In this document: in pieces, positions 20,525 to 29,790 of the stretch
How positions within the stretch are numbered: the first letter of the stretch is position 1
How the letters are laid out: the number at the start of each line of letters is the position of its first letter
Source: Alphaproteobacteria bacterium
GTDB taxonomy: Bacteria; Pseudomonadota; Alphaproteobacteria; SP197
DNA length: 64,000 nucleotides
Reading direction: 5' to 3'
Assembly (NCBI GenBank): GCA_965228895.1
Contig: OZ245842.1
Location: forward strand, 2,304,001-2,368,000
Notes under the pieces: model-generated
Seen by the model: the letters and a program-made list of their open reading frames with translations, nothing else
Databases searched by the model: none
What the model was told of the DNA's origin: nothing
Translations under genes and position numbers: made by a program

Positions 20525-21304
20525 CTATTCGCCCGTTATGGCCCAGCCGCCGTCGACGACAAACGTCTGGCCGGTGGTCCAGCGGCTCGCCGGCGCGGCA
20601 AGGTAGACGGCGATGCCGGCAAGGTCGATCGGATCGCCGATACGCCCCAGCGCGGTCGCCTTCTCTGCCGCGGCCAAGCTGTCCGGGTCTTCCCACAACG
20701 CCTTAGCGAAATGGGTCTTGACCAAGCCCGGCAGGATGGCGTTGGCGCGGATGCCGTCTTTGCCATGGGCGACCGCCAGGTTCTTGACCATCTGTACGTC
20801 CGTCGCCTTGGTCAGACAATAGGTCCCAAGGTAGTCGCTGCCGTGCAGCGCGCCGGTCGAGGAGACGATGATAATGGAGCCATCGCCACGTTCGGCCATG
20901 CCGGGGATCACCATGCGGCACAGCTTCATGACGTTGCGCACGTTGACCAGCATGGTCTTGTCGTACATGTCGTCGGGGATATCCAGGAACGGACCGTAGT
21001 GCGGGTTGGCCGCGGCGTTGCAGAGCAGGGTGTCGATGCGTCCCCACGCGCCCAAGGTCGTCTCGACAAGCGCCTCCAGCTGATCGACATGGCTGACATT
21101 GCAGGGCACGGCCATGGCCTCATAGCCCATTGACGTCAGGATCTCGGCAACCTCCAGACAGCTCTCTTCCTTACGGCTCGAGATAACGACTTTCGCGCCA
21201 TGGGCGGCCAGGGCTTCGGCGGCGGCCCGGCCGATGCCGCGGGTCGATCCGGTGACGATGGCGACCTGACCGCTCAGATCAAACAGCTGCTTCGGGTTGC
21301 TCAT
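20525..21304 (-). CDS. SDR family oxidoreductase
   Basis: TGSTRGIG, CNAAANP, YCLTK, PGLVKT. Confidence 0.93.
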   Translation of the reverse strand: MSNPKQLFDLSGQVAIVTGSTRGIGRAAAEALAAHGAKVVISSRKEESCLEVAEILTSMGYEAMAVPCNVSHVDQLEALVETTLGAWGRIDTLLCNAAANPHYGPFLDIPDDMYDKTMLVNVRNVMKLCRMVIPGMAERGDGSIIIVSSTGALHGSDYLGTYCLTKATDVQMVKNLAVAHGKDGIRANAILPGLVKTHFAKALWEDPDSLAAAEKATALGRIGDPIDLAGIAVYLAAPASRWTTGQTFVVDGGWAITGE

Positions 21305-21998
21305 CGTCCTCTCCTTGGGTTTGTGATTTGGCGGGCTGCCGCAGCCTGCTGGCGGGGATCTTGCGGACCCGTTCGCGCCCGATCAGCCAGGTATCGAAGC
21401 CGCCGGGAAAGAGTTCGGCGAAAGCCTCGTCGAAAACATCCAGACCACCGGTGTAAGCGCCGAAGGCCGGCAAAACCGTGCGGGCACCGTTGCTGGCGAA
21501 ACAACGCCGCCGGAGTGATTTGCCGCGCACCCTGACGGTGGCGCAGGGATGCAGATGACCGGCGATTTCCCCGGCGACCCCATTGGCCTGGGGTTCGTGA
21601 CGGAACAGCAGCGGACCGATGGCAATTTCCTCGACCCGTTTGCCGCCAATGCCATCAGGCAGTTCGGGATCGTGGTTTCCCGCAATCCAGATCCAGTCGC
21701 GCGATCCCGTCAGCGTCCGGATACGCGTACGGTCTTGGTTGTCCAGACGCTGGCCGGCATCGGTGTCGTGAAAGCTGTCGCCCAGGCACAGCACGACCTC
21801 GGGCTCGCGCCGCGCGATGACATCGCCGAGGGCTTCGAGCGTCGCGCGACTGTCATAGGGCGGCAGGAAGAGACCGGCCCGTGAGGCGTAGGATGTGCCC
21901 TTCTCGAAATGCAGATCGGCGACCGCGAGGACGCCGTATTCCGGCCAATAGATGGCGCCGGAAAGATCGACCTCTAGCGTGACCCCGTTGACGATCAT
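21279..21998 (-). CDS. pdeM: Ligase-associated DNA damage response metallophosphoesterase/endonuclease PdeM
   Basis: ADLHFEKG, LGDSFHD, GNHD, GHLHP, PAFGAYTGG; 4-bp overlap with the helicase stop. Confidence 0.9.
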   Translation of the reverse strand: MIVNGVTLEVDLSGAIYWPEYGVLAVADLHFEKGTSYASRAGLFLPPYDSRATLEALGDVIARREPEVVLCLGDSFHDTDAGQRLDNQDRTRIRTLTGSRDWIWIAGNHDPELPDGIGGKRVEEIAIGPLLFRHEPQANGVAGEIAGHLHPCATVRVRGKSLRRRCFASNGARTVLPAFGAYTGGLDVFDEAFAELFPGGFDTWLIGRERVRKIPASRLRQPAKSQTQGEDDEQPEAAV

Positions 21999-24430
21999 AA
22001 CATCCGGGTCGCGTCGTCGATCAGTTCGGCCTCGACCTCGTCGAGCAGGTCGTCCATCGCCTCGCCCTGCACCATCTGCTTGCTGATCTCCAGCATGATG
22101 GGCACGGCCAGCGGCGACACCTGCTCCAACTCTTTCACGACAATCCGCCCCTTGATCCGTTTCAGCATGTCGCCCAATCGGCGCACGTCGAGCAAGCCGC
22201 CCGCAGCCTCGGCCCACGTTGCCTGCAAAAGAACATGGTCGGGTTCGTAACGCCTCAAGACGTCATAGATCAAATCGGAGCTGAAGGTCACCTGCCGGCC
22301 GGTTTTTTCTTTGCCCGGGTGCCGCCGTTCGATCAGGCCGGCGACAACACCGACATTACGAAAGGTGCGTTTGAGCAGGCTGGACTCCGCCATCCACTCT
22401 TCGAGGTCGTCGCCCAGCATGTCCTCGTCGAACAGGGCATCGACCGCTTCGACCGGCTTCAAACCCCAGATGGCGAGCGCATAGTCGTTGCACATGAAGC
22501 CGAGCGGTCCGAGGCCGCGCCGGTCCATGCGCCGGGTCAGCAGCATGCCCAGCGTCTGGTGGGCCGGACGGCCTTCGAAGGGATAGCAGACCATGTAGAA
22601 CTTGCCGCCGCGCGGAAACGATTCGACCAGCAAGTCGCCTGGCTTGGGCAGGATCGAGCGCCAGGCCTGCATGTCCAGCCAGTTGCGCACGTCCGCCGGC
22701 AAGTCCCGCTGTCGGTCTTTGGACGCCAGCACCGCGCGCAGCCGTTCGGCGACATTGGTCGTCGGCGGAAACTTGCCGCCGCCATAGACCGGCACCTGCG
22801 GTTGGTCGGCCTTGGCGGGGCTGACGATGACCACCATGTCGCGGATGCCTTCCAGGCTCCAGATCTGACCGGCAAAGGCGAAGGTGTCGCCGGGCTCCAG
22901 GCCTAGGATGAACCGCTCTTCGATCTCGCCGATCTCCCGCCCGCGCTTGCGCTTCACCTTCAGGACGGGGTCTTCGACGATGGTGCCGACATTCATGCGG
23001 AACTGCTGGACCATGCGCGGGTTGGCGATGCGCATCTTGCCGTCCTTCGTCGGATAGAGCCGCTTGTACTTGTCATAGGCGCGCAGGGCGTAGCCACCGG
23101 TTGCGACGTAGTCGAGAACGCGGTCGAACAGCGCCCGGTCGACACGTGCGTAAGGCGGTACCGCGATCACTTCTTCATACAAAGTATTGGGATCGAACGG
23201 GCCGCTGCAGGCGACGGCCAGAATGTGCTGGGCCAGGACATCAAGACCGCCGTCATCACGCGGTGCGCCATCGATGACGCCGTCGCCGATCGCTTCGAGG
23301 GCGGCCTGGCATTCCAGGAGTTCGAAGCGGTTGGCCGGCACCATCAAGGCCTGGCTCGGCAAGTCGAGGCGATGGTTGGCGCGGCCGATCCTCTGCAGCA
23401 TGCGCGAGATGCCCTTGGGCGCGCCGACCTGGATCACCAGGTCGACGGACCCCCAGTCGACGCCGAGATCGAGCGTCGACGTGCAGACGACGGCGCGCAA
23501 CGTGCCGCGCGTCATCGCCGCCTCGACCTTGCGGCGGTTCTCGACCGACAGCGAGCCGTGATGCAACGCAATCGGCAGGTTGTCGTCGTTCAGGCGCCAG
23601 AGTTCCTGAAACACGATCTCGGCCTGGCTGCGCGTGTTGACGAAAATCAGCGCCGTCTCGACGCTCTTCAGGATCTCGTAGATCTCGGGCAAGGCGTGGC
23701 GCGCGGTGTGGCCGGCCCATGGCACCCGCGCGCCGGAAACCAGAATGCCGATATCCGGTTTGGCCCCGCCGGATACCTGAACGCGCTTCACGCTTTCTCC
23801 CGAACCAAGATAGCCCTTCAGCTTTTCCGGTTCGGCGACCGTCGCCGACAGCCCGATACGCCGGTGGCCGGGCGACAGTGCTGCGAGCCGAGACAGCCCG
23901 AGTGCCAACTGGTCGCCGCGCTTGGTGCCGGCGAGTGCATGGAGTTCGTCGATCACAACGAAACGCAGATTGCCGAACAGCCTGGGCGCGTCTTCATAGG
24001 ATATCAGCAGCGCCAGGGATTCCGGTGTGGTCAGCAGGATGTCCGGGGGATCGCGACGCTGTCGCTGGCGGCGCGAGGACGGTGTGTCGCCGGTGCGCGC
24101 TTCCAGGCGGATTGGCAAGCCCATATCGGTGACCGGTGTTTCCAGGTTGCGTTTGACGTCGACGGTCAGTGCCTTCAAGGGCGAGACGTAGAGCGTGTGC
24201 AGCCCCTCGCCCGCCGCGCCGGCGGCCAGGTCGATCAGGCTGGGCAGAAACCCGGCAAGTGTCTTGCCGCCGCCGGTCGGCGCGATCAGCAGACACGAGT
24301 GGCCGCCGGCAACCGCCTCGACCATCTGAAGCTGATGAGGATGGGGCGCCCAGCCCTTTGACTCGAACCAGCCGGCGAAGCCTGACGGCAGAACGGCCGG
24401 GGGGCTGGATGTTGCGGAAACAAGCGCCAT
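21995..24430 (-). CDS. Ligase-associated Lhr-core DEXH-box helicase
   Basis: APTGGGKT, SPLKAL, TTPES, DELH, HHGSL, QRIGRANH; start near 24430 is approximate. Confidence 0.92.
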   Translation of the reverse strand: MALVSATSSPPAVLPSGFAGWFESKGWAPHPHQLQMVEAVAGGHSCLLIAPTGGGKTLAGFLPSLIDLAAGAAGEGLHTLYVSPLKALTVDVKRNLETPVTDMGLPIRLEARTGDTPSSRRQRQRRDPPDILLTTPESLALLISYEDAPRLFGNLRFVVIDELHALAGTKRGDQLALGLSRLAALSPGHRRIGLSATVAEPEKLKGYLGSGESVKRVQVSGGAKPDIGILVSGARVPWAGHTARHALPEIYEILKSVETALIFVNTRSQAEIVFQELWRLNDDNLPIALHHGSLSVENRRKVEAAMTRGTLRAVVCTSTLDLGVDWGSVDLVIQVGAPKGISRMLQRIGRANHRLDLPSQALMVPANRFELLECQAALEAIGDGVIDGAPRDDGGLDVLAQHILAVACSGPFDPNTLYEEVIAVPPYARVDRALFDRVLDYVATGGYALRAYDKYKRLYPTKDGKMRIANPRMVQQFRMNVGTIVEDPVLKVKRKRGREIGEIEERFILGLEPGDTFAFAGQIWSLEGIRDMVVIVSPAKADQPQVPVYGGGKFPPTTNVAERLRAVLASKDRQRDLPADVRNWLDMQAWRSILPKPGDLLVESFPRGGKFYMVCYPFEGRPAHQTLGMLLTRRMDRRGLGPLGFMCNDYALAIWGLKPVEAVDALFDEDMLGDDLEEWMAESSLLKRTFRNVGVVAGLIERRHPGKEKTGRQVTFSSDLIYDVLRRYEPDHVLLQATWAEAAGGLLDVRRLGDMLKRIKGRIVVKELEQVSPLAVPIMLEISKQMVQGEAMDDLLDEVEAELIDDATRML

Positions 24431-24469
24431 ATGGGCATCATAACGCGCGGCGACAAAAGGGGAACACAC

Positions 24470-25480
24470 ATGACCGGTACGGCGCCGACCTGGCTGAGGC
24501 CCGTTCCGGGTGGCCTCTATTGCGCGCCCGGCGACTTCTATGTCGATCCGACCCGGGCGGTCGATCGCGCCGTCATCACCCACGGCCACGCCGATCACGC
24601 CCGAGCCGGCCATGGCAAGGTCCTGGCAACGGCGGAGACGCTTGCCATCATGACGGCGCGCTATGAGGAAGAGGATACGCCGGGTCGCCAGGCGCTGGCC
24701 TATGGGGAAGCCGTTACGTTCGGCGACGTCTCCGTGCGTTTGATCCCGGCTGGCCATGTGCTGGGCAGCGCCCAGGCGGTTCTCGAACACAACGGCGAAC
24801 GCATCATCGTCTCCGGTGACTACAAACGCCGGCACGACCCGACCTGCGCGCGCTTCCAGGTGGAGCCGTGCGACCTCTTCATCACTGAGGCAACCTTCGG
24901 TTTGCCGGTGTTCCGCCATCCCGATGACGGCGAGGAACTGGGCAAACTCTTGGCCTCGCAACGAACGTTCCCGGATCGCGCCCACCTGGTCGGCGCCTAC
25001 ACGCTGGGCAAGGCGCAACGCATCATCGTCCGTCTGCGTGAGCTCGGCTACGACCGGCCGATCTATATCCACGGCGCGCTGGAGGGCATCAACGCGATCT
25101 ACGCGCGCTTTGGCGTTGACCTCGGCGAGCTGCGCCTCGTCATGGATACCGAGAAGAAAGACATGGCGGGCGAAATTGTCGTCGCGCCGCCCTCGACGCT
25201 CAACGAGCGCTGGTCGCGTCGCCTGCCCGATCCGGTCACGGTCTTCGCGTCCGGCTGGATGCGGGTGCGCGCCAGGGCTCGTCAGCGCGCCGTCGAACTG
25301 CCGCTCGTCATCTCCGACCATGCCGACTGGGACGAACTCAACGCAACGCTGGACGATGTCGGCGCGCCTCACGTCTGGGTGACCCACGGTGCCGAAGAAG
25401 CGCTCGTCCACGCCGCCACGGAACGCGGATTCTCGGCCAAGGCGCTCGCGTTGGTGGGCTATGAGGACGACGCGGAATGA
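24470..25480 (+). CDS. Ligase-associated DNA damage response exonuclease (MBL/beta-CASP)
   Basis: THGHADHA, AGHVLGS, SGDYK, EATFG, SDHADW, THG; RBS AAGGGGA. Confidence 0.93.
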   Translation: MTGTAPTWLRPVPGGLYCAPGDFYVDPTRAVDRAVITHGHADHARAGHGKVLATAETLAIMTARYEEEDTPGRQALAYGEAVTFGDVSVRLIPAGHVLGSAQAVLEHNGERIIVSGDYKRRHDPTCARFQVEPCDLFITEATFGLPVFRHPDDGEELGKLLASQRTFPDRAHLVGAYTLGKAQRIIVRLRELGYDRPIYIHGALEGINAIYARFGVDLGELRLVMDTEKKDMAGEIVVAPPSTLNERWSRRLPDPVTVFASGWMRVRARARQRAVELPLVISDHADWDELNATLDDVGAPHVWVTHGAEEALVHAATERGFSAKALALVGYEDDAE

Positions 25481-27048
25481 AGGCATTTGCCGACTTGCTC
25501 GACCGGCTCGCCTATCAGCACAGCCGCAACGCCAAGCTTGAGCTGATCAAGCGCTATGTGGCGGAAGCGCCGGATCCCGATCGGGGCTACGCGATCGCGG
25601 CGATGACCGGCGGGCTGGAGTTTCGCTACGCCAAGGCCGGTCTGGTGCGCGGGCTGGTCATGGAACGGGTCGATCCCGTCCTGTTCGGCCTCTCCTACGA
25701 TTATGTCGGCGATCTCGCCGAGACCGTCGCCCTGATCTGGCCGCCGGAGCCCGGCGCCAATCGTGTGCCGCCGCTCGGCGAACTCGTGGAGACACTCAGT
25801 CAGGCCGGCAAGAGCGAACTGCCGGGTCTGTTGGCACGGTTGTTCGACGCCATGGGACCGAACGAACGCTGGGCGACCATCAAGCTCATCACCGGCGCGC
25901 TCCGGGTCGGTGTGTCCGCGCGCCTCGCCAAGACGGCCCTGGCGGCCCAATGGGCGCGCGAACCCGACGAGATCGAGGAGGTCTGGCACGCGGTCGAGCC
26001 GCCTTACGAGGACCTCTTCGCCTGGCTCGAGGGACGCGGCCCCCGTCCCGACCCCGCCAAAAGCGCGGCGTTCCGCCCGGTCATGCTGGCGCATCCCCTG
26101 GAGGAGCGCGACCTTGAGGCGCTGGACCCCGCAGACTATCGCGCCGAATGGAAGTGGGACGGCATTCGCGTTCAGTTGGTCGGCGAGGCCGGCAAACTGC
26201 GGCTTTACTCCCGAACCGGTGACGAGATCGGCGCGGCGTTTCCCGACCTCGTCGACGCGCTGGATTTCGATGCCACCCTGGACGGCGAACTTCTGGTGGT
26301 GCGCGACGGCCATGTTGCACCCTTCAGCGACCTTCAGAAACGTCTGAACCGCAAAACTGTTAGCAAAAAGATGCAGTTAAGTCACCCTGCTCATGTGCGA
26401 CTTTATGATGTTCTCGTCGACGGTGACCAGGATGTCCGCGCCGCCCCGTTCGACGAACGGCGCGAGCGCCTGGAAGCTTGGATCGGCGCCAACCAGCCGC
26501 CGTTGATGGACCTCTCGGTTCAGGTGCCGTTTAGCGCGTGGGACGAGTTGGCGGCCCGCCGTCAGGGCAATCTGGCGCCCGGCGTCGAAGGATTGATGCT
26601 GAAGCGCGGCGACAGCGCCTATGTGCCCGGGCGCCCGAAGGGTCCGTGGTTCAAGTGGAAACGCGATCCCTTCCTGGTCGACGCGGTCCTGATGTACGCC
26701 CAGCGCGGCCACGGTAAGCGTTCGTCGTTCTATTCCGACTACACGTTCGGTGTCTGGCGCAACGGCGAGTTGGTGCCGGTCGGCAAGGCCTATTTCGGTT
26801 TTACCGACGAGGAGATGAAGGAGATCGACCGTTGGGTGCGCAACAACACGACGGAGCGTTTTGGCCCGGTCCGGGAAGTCTCCAAGGAACTGGTGCTGGA
26901 AGTCGCCTTCGAAGGGCTTCAGCGATCGACGCGGCACAAGTCCGGTGTCGCCATGCGATTTCCCCGGATTTCGCGCATCCGCTGGGATAAGCCGGCGGCG
27001 GAAGCCGACGTGATTGCCAATCTGGAGGCGCTGCTGCCGGCCTTCTGA
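25477..27048 (+). CDS. ATP-dependent DNA ligase (damage-response type)
   Basis: EWKWDGIR, LDGEL, EGLMLK, WFKWK, MRFPRI. Confidence 0.95.
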   Translation: MKAFADLLDRLAYQHSRNAKLELIKRYVAEAPDPDRGYAIAAMTGGLEFRYAKAGLVRGLVMERVDPVLFGLSYDYVGDLAETVALIWPPEPGANRVPPLGELVETLSQAGKSELPGLLARLFDAMGPNERWATIKLITGALRVGVSARLAKTALAAQWAREPDEIEEVWHAVEPPYEDLFAWLEGRGPRPDPAKSAAFRPVMLAHPLEERDLEALDPADYRAEWKWDGIRVQLVGEAGKLRLYSRTGDEIGAAFPDLVDALDFDATLDGELLVVRDGHVAPFSDLQKRLNRKTVSKKMQLSHPAHVRLYDVLVDGDQDVRAAPFDERRERLEAWIGANQPPLMDLSVQVPFSAWDELAARRQGNLAPGVEGLMLKRGDSAYVPGRPKGPWFKWKRDPFLVDAVLMYAQRGHGKRSSFYSDYTFGVWRNGELVPVGKAYFGFTDEEMKEIDRWVRNNTTERFGPVREVSKELVLEVAFEGLQRSTRHKSGVAMRFPRISRIRWDKPAAEADVIANLEALLPAF

Positions 27049-27069
27049 GCCGCGAGGCTCAGCGGCGGC

Positions 27070-27807
27070 TTAGCTGCCGCGCGCCTCGGCGATCAGGGCT
27101 TCCAGTTCAGCGCGACTGACCGCGCCGGGGACCAGTTCGTCGCCGATGATGAAGGCCGGCGTGCCGCGAATGCCGAGCGCCTGGGCGAGCTCATAGTTGG
27201 TGTTCAGATGCTCGTCGATGGCCGGGTCTTCCATGTCGGCGCGCAGCTGATCGGTGTCCAGGCCGACGCTCTCGGCCAGCGCCATGATCGAGGCCTCGGA
27301 AAAGTCGATATCGGCGAACATCAGGGCTTCGTGGAACGGCTGGTAAAGCCCCTGATTGCGCGCTGCGAGCGCGGCCCGTGCTGCCAACACCGACGGGTCG
27401 CCCAGGATCGGGAACTCCTTATAAACCAGTCGGATGCCCTGATCGTCGTTAATCGCCGCGAAAAGGTCCGGCGCCACCCGCCGGCAATAGCCGCAGCGAT
27501 AGTCGAAGAACTCAACGATAACCACGTCGCCGTCCGGATTGCCGGCTTCCGGCGTTTCGGCGTCGCGATAGATAATGTCGGCCAAGCGCGCCATCGACTC
27601 TTGGGCCCTGGCATCTTGGTCGGCCGACGTCTGGCGCTCATAGGCCTGCAGGGCCTCGATGACGACTTCCGGGTTTTCGACCAGGTATTCGCGCACGATC
27701 TGTTCGATCTGCTCGCGGCTGAGGTCGGGCAAATCGTCGGCCGCATTAACCGGTGCGGTGGCGAACACCATGAGGGCACCAAGTAAAACTGCTGAAATCA
27801 TACGCAT
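27070..27807 (-). CDS. Periplasmic DsbA-family (Com1/ScsC-like) thioredoxin
   Basis: Signal peptide; VREYLVENPEV; EFFDYRCGYC; GTPAF. Confidence 0.92.
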   Translation of the reverse strand: MRMISAVLLGALMVFATAPVNAADDLPDLSREQIEQIVREYLVENPEVVIEALQAYERQTSADQDARAQESMARLADIIYRDAETPEAGNPDGDVVIVEFFDYRCGYCRRVAPDLFAAINDDQGIRLVYKEFPILGDPSVLAARAALAARNQGLYQPFHEALMFADIDFSEASIMALAESVGLDTDQLRADMEDPAIDEHLNTNYELAQALGIRGTPAFIIGDELVPGAVSRAELEALIAEARGS

Positions 27808-27875
27808 ACAATGACTCCTTCGAACGCCCGTTTAGGCGCTTTTTACCTTGTCGGTCAAATAACCGTTGGGTGAGA

Positions 27876-28589
27876 TCACCCTGCGTCCGTCTCGGACCTT
27901 GCCATGCGGACCAGTTCACGCAAGGTCGTTTCATCGAGTGTGCCGACAAACAGCATGTCGCCAACGATGAAGGCCGGTGTGCTGTCAATGCCATCATCCC
28001 TGGCGGCTGACCGATAAGCCGACAGAATGGCGGACGTTTCGGGCGAATTTGCATCATCGAGCAGCTTTTCGCCGTCCAGCCCCAGGCTTTCGCCCAGTTC
28101 GACCATGGCCGCATCGGTCCAGGTGACCGTCGAGTACATGAGTGCCCGGTGAAAGGTGCTATAGGCATCCTGCCGTGCCGCGGCCAGGGCGAAACGGGCG
28201 GCGACGTCCGATTCCGCTCCCAAGATTGGGTATTCAACCAGGATCAGACGTATCCCGAGGTCGCTGTCAACGAGGTCCTGCACCACCGGCGCCATGCGTC
28301 GGCAATGGGGACAGCGATAGTCAAAGAGCTCGATGATCGTGACATCGCCGTCGCTGCTGCCTTCGATCAGCAGCGGTCCGGCGGCGGCCAATTTTTGTTC
28401 CAGCACCGCCTGGTCGACCGTCGTCAGCGTCCGCCCGTCGACGGTCGGGCCGAAGAAACCGGACTCGCGGCCGACCACCGCGATCGCGGCGACGATCAGG
28501 ACCATCATGATCGTGCGGCTGCCGCGCGCACGCCGGGACATCAGCTCTTGAACGTCATCCGGTTCGCGCTGATCACCAAATCCTCTCAT
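27876..28589 (-). CDS. Membrane-anchored DsbA-family thioredoxin
   Basis: Hydrophobic N-terminal segment; ELFDYRCPHC; STPAF; RBS GGAGG. Confidence 0.87.
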   Translation of the reverse strand: MRGFGDQREPDDVQELMSRRARGSRTIMMVLIVAAIAVVGRESGFFGPTVDGRTLTTVDQAVLEQKLAAAGPLLIEGSSDGDVTIIELFDYRCPHCRRMAPVVQDLVDSDLGIRLILVEYPILGAESDVAARFALAAARQDAYSTFHRALMYSTVTWTDAAMVELGESLGLDGEKLLDDANSPETSAILSAYRSAARDDGIDSTPAFIVGDMLFVGTLDETTLRELVRMARSETDAG

Positions 28590-28679
28590 CGAGCCTCCCA
28601 AGCCGTCTTGTCGCGGCCTGTCTTTCCCACAACCGTCGTCTTATCCTAACCGCCTACCCCTCGATACGGGAGTGCCACG

Positions 28680-29627
28680 ATGCGAATGATCAGAAATCCC
28701 GTCCCCTGGCCGGGCGGCGCGACCTGTGCGGTCGCCTTTACCTGGGATGTCGACGCGGAATCGGTTCTGCAGATCGACCATCCCGACACCGCGCACCAGC
28801 GCTTGTTCAGCCTGTCGGCGATGCGTTACGGGCCGGAGACCGCGGTGCCGCGCATATGCGACATTCTGGCGGAGTTCGGCCACAAGTCGACCTTCTTCGT
28901 GCCGACCTGGGTCGCGGAACGTTATCCGTTGGCCATGGAGCGCATGCTGGGCGACGGCCACGAAATCGGCCATCACGGCTACCTTCACGAAAGCCCGAAC
29001 CTGCAGAGCCCGGAAGACGAAGCCTATTGGTTCCAGCGCGCCCATGAAGGGCTGGAGGCGATCACCGGGCAGAAGATCATCGGCTACCGGGCGCCAAGCT
29101 TCGATGTCTCGCCGGTCACCCAGTCGCTCCTGAACGACGCCGGTTACCTTTATGACTCCTCACTGATGGGCGACGACGTGCCCTATGTCATGCGCGAAAA
29201 CGGGCGCGACCTGATCGAGATACCGGCGACGATCATCCACGACGACTGGCCGCACTTTTCCCACAACTGGGATCTCGGCGCGACCAACCAGATTTCGACA
29301 CCGGCGCGCGCCAAAGAGCTTTACCTCTCGGAGTTCGACGCCGTATGCGACGACGGCGGTCTATGGGTCGGCGTCTGGCATCCCTGGATCTCAGGACGCC
29401 CGGCCCGCGCAAAGATGATGTTCGAGATGATCGAGTACATGCAGACACGCGCCAATTGCTGGTTCGCGCCGCTGAAGGACATCGCCGCACATATCGCGAA
29501 GGTGACGGCGGACGGCAGTTGGACGCCGAACGTGCATCAGATGCCCTATCACCCGGGCCGGCTGGCCGAATGGGACAAGGCGACGTGGCAGCCGGCCGCG
29601 TCAAAGTCATCGGCGACTGGCGACTAG
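28680..29627 (+). CDS. Polysaccharide deacetylase family (CE4, PuuE/PgdA-like)
   Basis: FTWDVD, HEIGHHGYLH, GYRAP, YDSS, HPWISG. Confidence 0.9.
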   Translation: MRMIRNPVPWPGGATCAVAFTWDVDAESVLQIDHPDTAHQRLFSLSAMRYGPETAVPRICDILAEFGHKSTFFVPTWVAERYPLAMERMLGDGHEIGHHGYLHESPNLQSPEDEAYWFQRAHEGLEAITGQKIIGYRAPSFDVSPVTQSLLNDAGYLYDSSLMGDDVPYVMRENGRDLIEIPATIIHDDWPHFSHNWDLGATNQISTPARAKELYLSEFDAVCDDGGLWVGVWHPWISGRPARAKMMFEMIEYMQTRANCWFAPLKDIAAHIAKVTADGSWTPNVHQMPYHPGRLAEWDKATWQPAASKSSATGD

Positions 29628-29645
29628 CCGGAGCAAGACAAAACC

Positions 29646-29772
29646 ATGCTGCTCACGCCCCGGCCGAAGAGCCGGGGTCCATGAACACGGAATTGCGCCC
29701 TATGGTTCTCGGTAACGCGTCGCTTTCCGATCCCGTGATCTTTGGTCCCGGGTCAGGCCCGGGATGCAGCAT
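29646..29772. repeat. REP-like palindrome doublet between convergent genes
   Basis: CCCCGGC-cgaaga-GCCGGGG (29658-29677) and TCCCGGG-tcagg-CCCGGGA (29746-29764), enclosed by ATGCTGC/GCAGCAT. Confidence 0.55.
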
Positions 29773-29790
29773 TGATACTGCGACAGGAGA

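Noticed and set aside
24431-25486. N-terminal extension making the helicase 1163 aa
   Set aside because: It is the antisense frame of the exonuclease; helicase motifs begin only below about 24400.
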